DNA of 63,726 nt, the filler included, from Pirum gemmata (taxonomy: Eukaryota), in the NCBI GenBank assembly GCA_002812295.1. It is 18 parts of 18 records of this genome, joined end to end, with 100 filler letters (N's around TTAATTAATTAA, not from the genome) between each part and the next. Parts side by side here need not be neighbours in the genome. Positions count along the whole stretch, not along the records: positions 9,721 to 12,877 come from PDIN01003371.1; positions 12,978 to 16,993 come from PDIN01003372.1; positions 17,094 to 21,750 come from PDIN01003373.1; positions 21,851 to 26,821 come from PDIN01003374.1; 14 more parts are not named here. One strand, 5' to 3'. A program made the position numbers and the translations under genes. Below the pieces are notes generated by a model. That model had not been told where the DNA came from, made no database searches, and worked only from the letters and a program-made list of their open reading frames with translations. Shown here one piece after another: positions 12,407 to 26,165 of the stretch (its first letter is position 1; each line of letters starts with the position of its first letter).

Positions 12407-13433
12407 AGTTGTTTAGCGGATTGTATTCTGCAAACCAAAAAGTAAAAAAAAAATTGAAAAAATTAAAAAAATTGTTAATTACATTGTATTTAATTAATAA
12501 AATGTTTTATATTATAGTTTAATAGCTTCTAATATTATTAATTCTGCTTTTCATTTTTTATTATCACTTGCATTATTTATTTTTTACTTTAATTTAAAAA
12601 ACATATAAACGTAATTATTTTAATACTTTCAATAAAATAAATAAATAATAAAACAAACCAAATTATTCAAATTGCGTCAAATAGATTTATATACATTATA
12701 TATGTATGAACACAAGGGTGGTGTCTAAACATTGCTATTGTTACTACGAAATGTATCTTATAATCATAATGGTGCTTTTTAATATAATAACAGTTACTTC
12801 TTGTTGAACACAGCTACATACACAGCGCAACACCGCAAGCGCACAACCGAAAAAAGCGCAGAGAAAAAAAAAATGTTNNNNNNNNNNNNNNNNNNNNNNN
12901 NNNNNNNNNNNNNNNNNNNNNTTAATTAATTAANNNNNNNNNNNNNNNNNNNNNNNNNNNNNNNNNNNNNNNNNNNNTTGTTGTGTTGGGTTGGTGCAGT
13001 GCGTGGCCAATTTGTGGGCTGTGTATGCTACGTCTGGTCGTGTACTAAAAAAAAAAAAAAAAAATTACCAATTAAAAAATTAAATTTTTTTCATAGTAAT
13101 GCCCTGCTCCCCATTCCCACACAATAACCACCCAAACCACAATCACAACCACAAAACAACACTTGTCGCAACCGCAACAGCAATTAAGAGAGTCGTAACA
13201 ACTACAAATATCTAGAAATATATATTGTTATTAGTTATTAGTTACATATTTAGTTAATATATACATATTTAGTAATATATATTAATTATTATTAATAGGT
13301 TTTAAAACAGTAAAAGACAGTTATAATCATTATTCCTGTTCTATTAGGAAACCTTCATTAATGGCGTCATCATAAACATCGCAGCCCCCCTCTCACCATA
13401 TCATATCGCATAGTTTCTTTTATAATATATATA

Positions 13434-13568
13434 TTAAACGCTTTTAAGACAACTGGCATTCTTATTTATCAATTTCGGTACGATTTTATTCTTATTTTTT
13501 CTAGCTAAAATTGACACTTTTCGTACCGAAATTCATAAAAGAATGCCAGTTGTCTTAAAAGCGTTTAA
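13434..13568. mobile_element. Hairpin MITE with long TIRs
   Basis: TTAAACGCTTTTAAGACAACTGGCATTCTT..AATTTCGGTACGA is inverted as TCGTACCGAAATT..AAGAATGCCAGTTGTCTTAAAAGCGTTTAA, in a TA-rich context. Confidence 0.75.
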
Positions 13569-14924
13569 TTATATATATTAATTAAACTTAAACCCTCTAA
13601 TATACTTCAAATACACTTCAATCAATACCCGATCAACAGTTCTTTGTTTTTATTATTATTTCTTTGATGTAAAAAAGATAATATCAATTAACAGCTAAAT
13701 ATACTAATAAAATAAAATAATAATCATCTTCTAGATATTATATCTTGTTAATTAATGGTGTATTTATTTTATAATATTTATTAATATAAAAAACAATTAA
13801 AATTTAAATTGTACTTTTACTATTACCATTACCATTATCATTATTATTAGTGTCATTGTCATGGCATCCGATTATAATTGTTGATTTTTCTTGTACTGAC
13901 ACCTGCTGATGTAACTGTTTCTGTTTCTGTTATATCATATTTTATTATGACAAGTACTATAATTACAATTACTTACTAAAGCACAAACGCACATACGCAT
14001 TATGCACTCATATTCTACTTCTGCAATGCGTTTACAGTAGTATATTGACAATTTCTTTAATATTCAGTCAATGAGCACACCATTCTTTACCTGTCCACAC
14101 TAAAGTTTATAGGCAAAGGGAGAAAACAGGACACAACCAAGAAAAAAATTAGCAAAAAGGTTACCAATTTTTAATTTTATCCATTGCAAGTCAATTTCAA
14201 ACCATTGCAAGTCAATTTCAAACCATTACACGAACGATTTTACTTTCAAAATAAATCAAAAAAAGGTTGTAGTACAGCCAACCTACATTTTTTGTATGTT
14301 CGAATACAGTTTGGTGATCTTCAAGTGGAAATTTCACTATGGAAGATTTTTTTTTTCTTTTTTTCCTACGACATAGATGAAAACAAAACAATTCTAACTA
14401 AATTTAAAATATTTTCTCGAGTATATTTTCAATCCTAACAGCTTCTAGTTAGATATTAATATTTGCACTGGTTTCTGTTGAGTAAATACTTGCTTAGTTT
14501 CACTATTTCAGCATTTTTCCCTAAATCTGAATTAACTACTGCTTACTCTATTGCTTAGGCTTTTTCTTTCATTTTCCAAATTCTCACGTCGTAAATCACA
14601 AATAATGAGATCCATGTCAACTTTCAACAAATCCTGCTGCATTTTTCGAATACCAAAAAATTGATTTTGCATATGGTCAAAATGTAATTTTCTCCAGTCA
14701 TCTTGTGTTGCTTTGCTCTATATGTAGTTTGAAAAAGAAAACAATGAGTAAAAAACAAATCATTAAAAAACAATCGTAATTGACTTATAAGCAGAAATCA
14801 AGGCATTTAAAATATACATATAATTTTTCAAAAAGTTAAAAAGAATGAAATTACTTAACAGATAATTGAAACATTAATTGTAGTTAAGCTTCCGTTACAG
14901 TAACAATTGCACTTCATAATAATA

Positions 14925-16122
14925 GTTTTAGCTATAGTTAGTTATGATAACAGTTATCGCTATCGTTATAGTTATATAGTTACACTTATAGTTATAGTTA
15001 TAGTTATGAAATAATAATTATAGTTAGTTATAGTTATAGTTATAGTTATAGTAGTAGTTATAGTTATAGTTATAGTTAGTTATAGTTTATAGTTAAAGTT
15101 ATAGTTATAGTTATAGTTATAGTTATAGTTATAGTTATAGTTATAGTTATAGTTATAGTTGTAGTTATAGTTATAGTTTAGTTACAGTTATAGTTATAGT
15201 TATAGTTATAGTTAATTATAGTTATAGTTAGTTGTAGTTATAGTTATAGTTATAATTATAGTTATAGTTATAGTTACAGCTATAGCTATAGCTATAGTTA
15301 TAGTTATAGTTATAAGTTTAGTTGTAGTTATAGTTATAGTTATACTTACACTTACAATAGTTATAGTTATAGTTATAGCTATAATTATAATTATAATTAG
15401 TTATAATTATAATTCGCTATAATTATAATTATAATTAGTTATAATTATAATTCTAGTTATACTATAGTTATAGTTAGTTATAGTTATAGTTGTAGTTATA
15501 GTTATAGTTATAGTTATAGTTATAGTTATAGTTATAGTTATAGTTATAGTTATAGTTATAGTTATAGGTTATAGTTATAGTAATAGTTATAGTTATAGTT
15601 ATAGTTATAGTTATAGTTATAGTTATAGTTATATGTTATAGTTATAGTTATAGTTATAATTATAGTTATAGTTATAGTTACAGTTATAGTTATAGTTATA
15701 GTTATAGTTATAGTTATAGTTATAGTTATAGTTATAGTTTTAGGTACAGTTAAAGGTATAGTTATAGTTGCAGTTACAGTTATAGTTATAGTTATAGTTA
15801 CAGTTATAGTTATAGTTACAGTTATAGTTAGTTATAGTTATAGTTACAGTTGTAGTAAGCTATAGTTATAGTTATAGTTCTAGTCATAGTCATAGTTTTA
15901 GTTAAAGTTTTAGTTATAGTTATAGTTATAGTTATAGTTATTGTTATAGTTATAGACATAGTTATAGTTATAGTTAAAGTTATAGTTATAGTTGGTTATA
16001 GTTATAGTTATAGTTATAGTTATAGTTATAGTTATAGTTATAGTTATAGTTATAGTTATAGTTATATTTATATTTATAGTTATATTTATAGTTATATTTA
16101 TAGTTACAGTTATAGTTATAGT
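14925..16122. repeat. (TTATAG)n microsatellite
   Basis: About 1.2 kb hexamer array with variants. Confidence 0.95.
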
Positions 16123-16123
16123 N

Positions 16124-16215
16124 CCTTTCATTTCTAGTGATTTAAACAGATCCTCGTTTATATATTCTGTACCATAATCGAATCTCATTATTTCAATCAT
16201 TGATGGTTGTTCTGC

Positions 16216-16216
<1 letters not shown>
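16124..16216 (-). pseudogene. LTR-retrotransposon integrase core fragment
   Basis: IEIMRFDYGTEYINEDLFKSLEMK resembles the Ty1/copia integrase motif IRxDNGTEF.N...l..kGI. Short match only. Confidence 0.5.
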
Positions 16217-16263
<47 letters not shown>

Positions 16264-16379
16264 AATCAGTATTCTATTACTTAAACAATAACAGCGAGAA
16301 ACTAATGGAAAGAAAGAAAGAAAGAGGGGGACCTTGTTACAAATAAAGAAAGTCAAGGAGGAGTTTTGAATACAAATTT

Positions 16380-16630
16380 AACAGACAGGCAAATATGATC
16401 AAGCTACCACATTGATATTGGGCGCTAAATAAAGATGTAAGAGTGATAAGAGAAAATCTGGATGACTCCATTAAAGACAATATGGACAGGTACGACATAA
16501 AACAACTTTACACGGCACTAGAGGCAATATATCAAGCATTTGGACGCAAAACATTGTCAACCTTTGTAGGAACAATTGAACAATTAAGTTTAGCACAACG
16601 ACAACCAGATGACACCATCCAACAATATGA
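16380..16630 (+). pseudogene. Possible copia-type gag fragment
   Basis: IRENLDDSIK...LYTALEAIY...LSLAQRQPDDTIQQY resembles the UBN2-type gag pattern and lies next to integrase and LTR/PBS remnants. Confidence 0.35.
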
Positions 16631-16685
16631 TATTTTTTTGATTCAAAAACATTTATTTAAAAATTTTAAATAAATTAACGGAGGA

Positions 16686-16915
16686 TGTAATAGAATATGC
16701 TATAAGAAAACGATTTTCCAACACACGTAAAAACGAGAAATGAGATAATCTATTACGTTATCAGCACTATGACTCCGCCCACCTTGTCCCCGACACTTCC
16801 CTGACAGCTAGGCCTAGCGAAGAGGCCTAGATAGATATGGTGTTGTAATAGAATATGCTATAAGAAGAGGCCTAGATGGATATGGTGTTGTAATAAAATA
16901 GGCTATAAGAAAACG
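16686..16915 (+). mobile_element. Short LTR remnant with PPT-like tract and half-tRNA-Ile-type PBS
   Basis: GGAGGA|TGTAATAG...CTATTAC, then CGTTATCAGCAC (16756-16767). The start TGTAATAGAATATGCTATAAGAA recurs twice more downstream. Confidence 0.55.
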
Positions 16916-17988
16916 AGAATACGTGGGAAAATGGATTACCTGATAGCTCAGTGGTCAAGAGCAAACTCCCGGAGTAATAGAATACTGATTAGTNNNNNNN
17001 NNNNNNNNNNNNNNNNNNNNNNNNNNNNNNNNNNNNNTTAATTAATTAANNNNNNNNNNNNNNNNNNNNNNNNNNNNNNNNNNNNNNNNNNNNAAGCCCA
17101 GAGTAATTACACAAAAAAAACTATAAAAAAACTTCAAACCAAATCTAAGTTTTGTATGTAGAATATTCCAAAAAAAAATCAAATCGAACTCTAAACTTTT
17201 TTAAAAGTCGAAAATTTTGGGCAAAATATTCGATTCGATTTGCTTTTTAGTCATAGTCTACATACAAAAATTAGGTTTGTTTCGACAATTTTTTTTCTTT
17301 TTGATTGGCCAATTTTTTGACACTTCTTCTGGCCTTCTCCCTATAGTAAATTGTGACGTCATGAACTCAAAAATTGTATCATAATGTATGTCGTGGCTAC
17401 GATAAGTCTACGATAATATCGATATCATAATAATTATATGATAGACCCCTCTCTACTAGCTATGAAATTGCCTATGATATGATATCGAGTGTATGACATA
17501 GCCTAGCCACTAGAATAATATCATTAATAGTCTATTATAAATAATAAAAAAGGTTGGGCACACGATTAAAAAAAACCTCACTAAAAAAACTAAGTGCTCT
17601 AGCCAGGCTCTGACTAGTAGTATTGATAGCTACTAAGGGTTTATCTGATGATTCTGACCTATAGTAATTATTGCTATAGTAACTATCATGTCGATACTCT
17701 ATTATTGATATTAGCCCCTCATAGTGATCAGGATTATTGTATTGTAAATAAATATATTGAGATATATATTGCATATAATCTATACAAGTCTACTCTACAT
17801 TATATATGCATAGACTATGATAGTATGGATACAATTACTGTGAACCCTAAGTGGGGTCCCTAACCCTAACCCTAACCCGAGTCATTGAAGATGATATTTA
17901 AAATTTAGCGCTATTTTGAGTACATTGGCTGTTTTAGTATCATCTCTACCAGAGCTAGCTAGCTAGCTAATCTATCAATATTTCTGAG

Positions 17989-18216
17989 TAGGGGTGAGAT
18001 GACGTCATTTTATTATTACCGAACAGCTGTCGGAACTTTTCCGATTTTATGGTTTTATTACTATTAATGTTAATATTATTACTTTAATTGGTATCTATTA
18101 TAATTAAAGTTACTATTTTAAGTTATTTAACTGCTATTATTAGTAAGAAATACGGAACTAAGGTTGGCTCGATAAGCATCTGTTCGAAAAAAGTTCCAGT
18201 AGATATCTCACCCCTA
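17989..18216. mobile_element. hAT-like non-autonomous element
   Basis: Perfect 12-bp TIR TAGGGGTGAGAT / ATCTCACCCCTA with imperfect subterminal inverted repeats. Flanks TTTCTGAG and (CTTA)TTTCTGTC may be a decayed 8-bp TSD. Confidence 0.6.
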
Positions 18217-18624
18217 CTTATTTCTGTCGAAACTGAGATTGAGACTGAGACAGAGACCATCGACAGCCTATAGCGTTGTAGCTCTCCGTTGTAGCTAGCT
18301 AGAGTCTACTACTAGCTACTAGCTAGATGAGCTACAGTAACTAGTCTATCATACCAGTAACTAAACTATCTGATACTATCATACCAGTAGCAAGCTAGCT
18401 AGTAGTAGCTAAGCTAGACTAAGTAGGAAGTTTTGAAGTTTGCTAATAGATGGAGGTAGGGAGTGGGGGTCTATGATATGATAGACTAGAATCTACTAGA
18501 GTAGCTAGTAGGGGTGTTCGGTTTGTAGACCTTCAGTATTTTTTTTAAAGACCTACAGATTCGGAGAGGGGAAATTTTACAAAAAAATTACGCAAAATTG
18601 ACGTATTTTGTATTTTTTACAANA

Positions 18625-18655
<31 letters not shown>

Positions 18656-19522
18656 ATATCGATAAATAAATAATTAAACCAGTCTATAATAATCTAAAAT
18701 ATTTTCTAATAATTATAAAAAATGTTATAAATTTCGAAAAAAAAATATTTCGATGCATCAAAATGTATTTACTTTGTAATAGTATAATATTATATATAAG
18801 TAACATTACATGTACCAATGTGTATATGTGTATATACATCGATGAATTGACAAATATATTAATTAATTAATACATCAATAATATTATATTAATATATTAA
18901 TATATATTCATCAATACATCAATACATCAATACATCAATATATTAATATATAATACATCAATACATCAATACATCAATACATCAATACATCAATATAGCA
19001 TACACCAATTCATCAATACATCAATACAATGTCATCATACACCAATTCATCAATACATCAATTAATACACCAATACGTATACCGCAATACGGCAATACGG
19101 AAAATGTGTTGATGAATTGTATAGTGATATAAACCTATAAACCTAGGTTGATGTATTGATGTATTGTTTAATCGATGTATGGATGCATTTATCATCATGA
19201 AGAATTAATGTATTGATGTATTGATTTATATATTTATTGATGTACTGATATCGATGTATATATAAACGAAATCGGAATGTATATAATATAGCTATAATAT
19301 ACATACCATAACGGTTAATCTGAGTAACGAAATACGTTGTTGCTTTGTCTAAAAACCTTTTCCTGCTCTTTCTTATTTTTTTTTTCTTGGGCAAATTTAA
19401 TGATTTTAGAGCATGCACTTGTTGAGAAACGAGAATTTGTATTACTCAATTAAGAATTTCACTTGAGGGTATTACTTAGGAGTTTACTTAGGAGTTCATT
19501 CGGGTGTATTGCTTTAAGAGTA

Positions 19523-19690
19523 TTACGTAGGAGTGTATTGTATATACATATATTTATGTGTGTGTATGTATGTTCTAATGATACGTAAATACCTCGGATA
19601 ACTTGAATATTCCCGTTCATCGAATCTATCAAATCTATAGCCCAGACCAAAACCTATGTAATAGCTTTTTGATGCTGATACTGATACTGA

Positions 19691-19722
<32 letters not shown>

Positions 19723-20505
19723 TATTTGATATAAAAACATACGATCTAATAGTGTAGTATGTCAATACTATCTTTATTACTGCTCTCAAAGGTTGAATAT
19801 TCCTTTTCCAGTACAGTTTCAACCATGTCTGTTTTAGTGATATATTTAATTTGGTCAAGTTTTTAAAAATTGAAAATGAATTATTCAAAAAAACGTAATT
19901 TTTTCCCCTTAGGCTAATCGTGGCTAAATTTTTAAGATTCGCCAGCGGTTGTAGATCGATATTATATTTGTATAAATCTGTTTTTGGATTTATTTTAAAG
20001 ATAAATATCGGAGATTTGACAATGTAATCAAAGGTTGCAGATATAGTTTCTTCAACCGAAAATTTTTCTTGTTTTATATCGAACCCTTCGATACCGTGCA
20101 GAGAAAGTTCACTTAAGCTGTTAAAAAAAACCAGCCATTTGAATTTATAATTACTATTACAAATAATATTTTCTACTTCAAGACGTTTCACATAATTAAT
20201 AAAAGAAATATCTCTACCCTCATCTTGTATTTGAAAATCTACGTTTTTCATGCACAAGCATGTGAGAGTAGTCAAAACACTGAGTGAAGTTATATTCAAT
20301 TTACATTCCAAATCCAGTTTATGTGTCCTTCTATCACCCCAATCTCCCATACTATTAAAACGGCTATGATAAAAAATGATCCTCCAACACTTTTGAAGGT
20401 CAGTTCTTTCAACTTGGCTAACGTTAACCCTGTTGGTTGTAATTCTAAAGATTCCAGATTAGGAATTGCTTCGAGAAAGGGAAGGTTGAACTTTCCAAAC
20501 TTCAA
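19523..20505 (-). pseudogene. Leucine-rich-repeat protein, frameshifted or partial
   Basis: LxxLxxLxL units (LEAIPNLESLEL, LSVLTTLTCLCM, FFNSLSELSL, LQPLANLKNLATISL, FKNLTKLNIS) spread over two overlapping frames. Confidence 0.55.
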
Positions 20506-23500
20506 AGTTTAGAAAGTAAAAAACTAAAAAAAGACAACCAAAAGAGTAAAAATAAAAAAAAATATTACCCAATAAAATTAAATACAGAAGAAAAAAAGTC
20601 ATCACAATAAAATAGTTAACAAAAGTTAAATAGTTGAATGAATAAATTCAAATTTCAGAATATCATATTATTACTGCTGAAGTCTGAAAACCAACAAGAC
20701 AGTGGACTGTGGACATCGAAAACCCAACCTTTTCAAACTTTTCAATGTCAATATTGTCCCAAAGAATTTACACCGGAAGTCAAACTACACATTTTTGAAC
20801 ATAGATAAAACTGTAAGACTACTAGATTAGAATGGATAACATATCATACATCAAAAAAATATTACGTATTAACCCAAATATTAGATGATAACTCCAGCAA
20901 TATCCATCCACAACAACCAACGACTACAACGCTATAATTCTAGGAACAAAGGTTCAAAACAAATATTTCTACAACAAAAGAACAATACAATTACTCATCA
21001 TAGACTATATACTATGGTCTTATTATAAAAAATACAACAAATCACAACCAACTGACAACCAAATCATTAACTTATACCAAAGTATGATGAAACAAATCAA
21101 CAAAACTCAACTTTAATTAACTATATAACTGTAAACTGCACCTCCTTTTTTTATTTTGGAAAACAGGAACTTTTTTTTATACGTATCATATGATAAAATA
21201 AATAAAATTTCTCTTTGTTCGGTGTCTTCAGAAGTTCAGAGTCCAGACCTCCACCTAGAGACCTCCACTGACCCGGCTAGCTGACTCGGTGGCACTGGTA
21301 GCCAGTGATAGTGCCTGTACTGTCACCTCACCGGGTCACCCTGTCACCTCACCGAGACCCAACCACCACAGCGGACTTAGAGTGCTTTTTTTTTTCAAAT
21401 CCAGAGGCTCCAGACTCCAGAGCCAACTATTTTATTTTATCAAGTAGACAGCGTCAAAAAATTAAAATATCAGAAGATAACTCGATTATTCCAGCAAATC
21501 AAAATGCCATATAAGCATTCACGACATGGGAGACCTTCTTTCATTTGTTGAAAGAAGTTTTTAAGTTTCTGTTTTTAACTTCCGTAAAAATGTAAAAAAC
21601 ACTAAAAAACAAAAGTAGCTACTTGACCAGTTGACCTCTAATAGACAGCCTACACTGTCCAGTTCCCAGTACCGGGGGCGCCTGATAGCCCAGTCACGAC
21701 TCACAAGTTGTATCATTTTTTTTTTTTTTTTCATCATTTAGGTCTATAAANNNNNNNNNNNNNNNNNNNNNNNNNNNNNNNNNNNNNNNNNNNNTTAATT
21801 AATTAANNNNNNNNNNNNNNNNNNNNNNNNNNNNNNNNNNNNNNNNNNNNGTTGTGTATAAAAAAAAAAGCAAGGTAGAAGAAGACTATTTGTATCGATT
21901 TTTCCTTTTATGCTTATTTCAAGGCTGTAGATTAGATTATTTCAAGGTGGTAAATTAGATTATTTGGGTCAGATTATATTATTTAGGTTGGATTAAGTTG
22001 GATTGGGTCATAATGTTCGATATTATTTGTGCACCATTTGGTTTTTAAAAGCTTGAAATTTCATATTTTCGAACTATCATACAATAAGGCTAGCTAGCTA
22101 GGTGGCTCAGCCAACTCTCAGCCAGCTACTACTAGCTAGCTATCTGATAGCTAGACTAGTAGATATCAATCATATCATATCAATAGTTAGTTAGCTATCG
22201 GATACATGGCCTTGTATGATGTATCTAGCTAGCTAGAAACGTCCTACTTTTTTTTTTACTAACCCTTTTTTGTACATGTTCGGAATTTTCACACATATTA
22301 AACTACTTATGATCGAAAAATAAATTTCAAATTTCGAACATGTATCATACGTGGTATTGTAGAATGTAGATTTGTATGATAGATTTGTAGAAATTGTAGA
22401 ACCAGAAATATGCTCAGAAATATGTGTAGGACTTGTGTAGGTTTAGTCCTGAGGTTTAGTCCTAGGTTTAGTCATTGAAAGTTCATTGAAGGACCCTAAC
22501 CCTAACCCTAAAGTACCCTAACCCTATTGATAGCTAGCTGCTCTAGCTAGCTAGAGCAGCTACCTGGTATCATAGTGTTTATATAATAATATTATGATAT
22601 ATGATTACGCATATGATAGTAATAGTATCAATAGTAGTAGAAACAGCATTAATACTAGTAGTATTATTGATAGCTATATAACTTCAATATAAGTATATAT
22701 ACGTAGTTGTAGTAGTACTCCACAACATATATCACAGTAGTACTAGTCTTATGATTCAAGTAAGTTAAAACCCAGGCACAGCATAGCATACACTATAAGC
22801 TCACTATGATACTTTTAATGGCAGTATGATGATATAATGCTACTATAATACTACGCCAACATAATTACATATTTATTTGTTACCCCTGCATATTTGTTTG
22901 GTAGGTTATAAAACCATAAATTGATATTTTTAAATGAATAAATAGATAATAAAATGTAGCAAATTAAATTAAATGGATTTATATTGTATTAATTTGGTAC
23001 TCTTTATTGTATGACAAAACAACTGAAAAGTATTATACTATAATTATTAGACTATAGACTAATTATTATAAATGATTATGAACCAGCCATCGATATCGAG
23101 CTAGCTACTAGCTAGCTAGAGTCTTTCTTTTTAAACGCTTTAAATCTCCATTGCTATTGGTACGATGCAGATGAATATTATTTTTTAAAAGACAACTCTG
23201 TAGTAGTAAGACAACTATAATATAATATATAGTACATGATTTAATCTTTTTAAAAATTATATTTATAATATTATTTAATCATCATCTTCATAACAGCAAT
23301 GGAGATATTATTATGAGTAAGAAAGTTTATGGACCCATATAGGTTCATATATTATGTTTATATTAATAAATAATCTTCAATTATTAATATTGTAGTCGTG
23401 GAAACCGCCAGTCTTACCTTGGAAGTTTGGAACTACGATATCAATAATCTTCTTGGTAGACCCTATTCTATATAGTATTATATATAATATTTAATATTTT

Positions 23501-23640
23501 ATATATAATGCAAATTTTAACGTCTATATATATAGACGTTAATTGGATTATTTACATTCTATATATATATAGACGTTAATTGGATTATTAATATATGTAT
23601 AACATCATAATGATGAACCTGTACAGCATATATATGTATA

Positions 23641-23725
23641 GACACCTTTTCAGCTAAATATTCCTAAATATTCAGTCCAGTCTATTTTCTCTGACTGAAT
23701 ATTAATTAAAAGCTGAAAAAGTGTC
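23641..23725. mobile_element. 85-bp TA-flanked MITE with GAC...GTC ends
   Basis: TA|GACACCTTTTCAGCT ... AGCTGAAAAAGTGTC|TA, with an inner inverted AATATTCAGTC / GACTGAATATT. Confidence 0.75.
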
Positions 23726-24172
23726 TATATATATTATATAGACACTTTATGCGATAAAAAGTGATAAATGTGCGAATTCTGGACTTTAGAAATATATTAT
23801 GTATTAATAATAATTATCATTGATATTAATACATTACTTCCGTACAAGCCTATATATCAGATACCAGTCTCACGTTTTTTATTTTTTTATTATTTATTAG
23901 TTTCGCACATCATTCTCAATTAAGTACCTCGTTTATTTATCCATTTAATACATCCGATATATTAAAATATATTCATAGATAAATAATAATATTAATATCA
24001 ATTACATTATGATATACATCTGATATATACATAGACTAAAACTTAAAAAAATAAATATAATATAGTTTACCACCTGCACGATACTATAGCTAGGTGACTG
24101 CTAGGTGCACGATAATATTATAATTTTTTTTTTTCTAGGTATCACCTATAGCTAGTAGCTACTAGCTAGTAG

Positions 24173-24312
24173 GGGAGTGTTCAAATAATACGTCACGTCA
24201 AGGGGTAGGTACTAGGTAGGCAGGTGCCATTTGACTGGAAATTAAAGTCGAGGAGTAGATAGGTAGGGGTATTTGAAGCTGTATTTGACCGGAAATCGGC
24301 GTTATGTAGTAT
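24173..24312 (+). mobile_element. PIF/Harbinger MITE, family H1, right TIR disrupted
   Basis: Matches 45670-45816, with an extra CTA at 24212-24214 and a break at TATGATA. Confidence 0.8.
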
Positions 24313-25215
24313 GATATCTACTCTACTGATAGCTATGATATCTGATGCAACTGTGATACAAGACTACACTGAGTACACCGTGCAGGATTTTGCTTCTCCA
24401 GCTTTTTATTTGACTTCGGATTCATTATTATTCCTAACCCTGACCCTAACCCTAACAACTCCCTAACCCTACCCTAACGCTAACCTTAATTAACCCCTTT
24501 TAATTTATAAACTCTAAGCTCCTGACCCCTAGCTAATTATAACCCTAATTCTAATAAGTAACTAATATAACCGTGTCATGATCAGATTTGCCAGTTTTTC
24601 TATTTTGCCAAGTTCAATTGCAAAACAAAAAATAAATTTTAAAACACAGAAGAAATTTTTAAAAAAGAACTAGTACTATAAATAATTGATATGTATATAT
24701 TGAAATAAATAAAACACTAACCTTATTCTACTACTGCAACCTTATTCTAACTCTATCCAAAAGCCAACCTTTTAGAATACTAACCCTACACTAACCCTGA
24801 CCCTGATTTACAACCCAACTGACCATTATTAGGTAGTCTACCTAAACCCTAAACCCCTACCTAAACCAGAAACTCCTACTAGCTAGAGTAGGGCCATAAC
24901 TACTATTAATACTAGTGTTGGGGTTTGTAGGTTTGGTTGGGGTTGTTAGGTTTGGTTGCTGCTTTAAAAGTATTTTATTATTTTGATAAAATTAATAATA
25001 TAAAATTTAAAGAGGATTTTTTCTTCTGTTTCTGGTGCAACATGGGTTAAATACACTTTTTGTGTTTANNNNNNNNNNNNNNNNNNNNNNNNNNNNNNNN
25101 NNNNNNNNNNNNCCCAAAACCCAAAACCCAAAACCCAAAACCCAAAACCCAAAACCCAAAACCCAAAACCCAAAACCCAAAACCCAAAACCCAAAAATAA
25201 AACAAAAATCATTAC

Positions 25216-25702
25216 CTTTATCCCATAACGTCTTTATTTGCCCAGTCGAAAAAACCAAAAAACTTTCGTTAAACATACCCAAACCTGGCACTGCCCAAGC
25301 CAAAATCCATTTCCATATTTTATTAAACGAATTAAACTCCGTAGGGTGGATTGCGGGTACTTCATCCCAAACACTATAAGTTGTACTAGTTCTTTTCAAA
25401 CCTGGATTTCCATTTTTTTCGACGTCAAAACACCCCACCAACCCAAATTCTGCCTGTTCTTGTTCCTTTAGTTTTTTCTTATTAGTTTCGTATTTAAAAT
25501 CGTTTAATGAAATTTTTGAATTATTGTTGCTGCTGTTTGTGGATGTGTTAGTAACTACGGTGTATGTGGAACCCCTTGTTGAATATTCTGACGTCATAGT
25601 AGATTCCCTCGTTCTTGTTGTGACGTCATCATCTTTACAAACTGCTATCTCACTTTCAATAACATTTAGCTCAAAGGACTTGCTGGATTTATCTTTGGTC
25701 AT
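25216..25702 (-). CDS. First exon of an MFS transporter (possibly Pho84/PHT1-related phosphate:H+ symporter)
   Basis: ATG at 25702, hydrophilic N-tail, then TM1-like WILAWAVPGLGMFNESFLVFSTGQIKTLW. GTAATG donor at 25215. No downstream exons recognised in this contig. Confidence 0.6.
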
Positions 25703-25780
25703 TTTATTATATTGTTGTTAGTGTTTGTTTTTTATTATTTTGTTTGTTTGCTTTTTTGTTTATGGTTACTATTATTGTCA

Positions 25781-26165
<385 letters not shown>

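Noticed and set aside
14440..14720. Coding-like minus-strand stretch (DDWRKLHFDHMQNQFFG...)
   Set aside because: No recognisable family, short, and followed by stops; cannot be supported as a gene.
16935..16975. tRNA or SINE head TAGCTCAGTGGTCAAGAGC
   Set aside because: Only an A-box-like motif; no B box before the contig ends.
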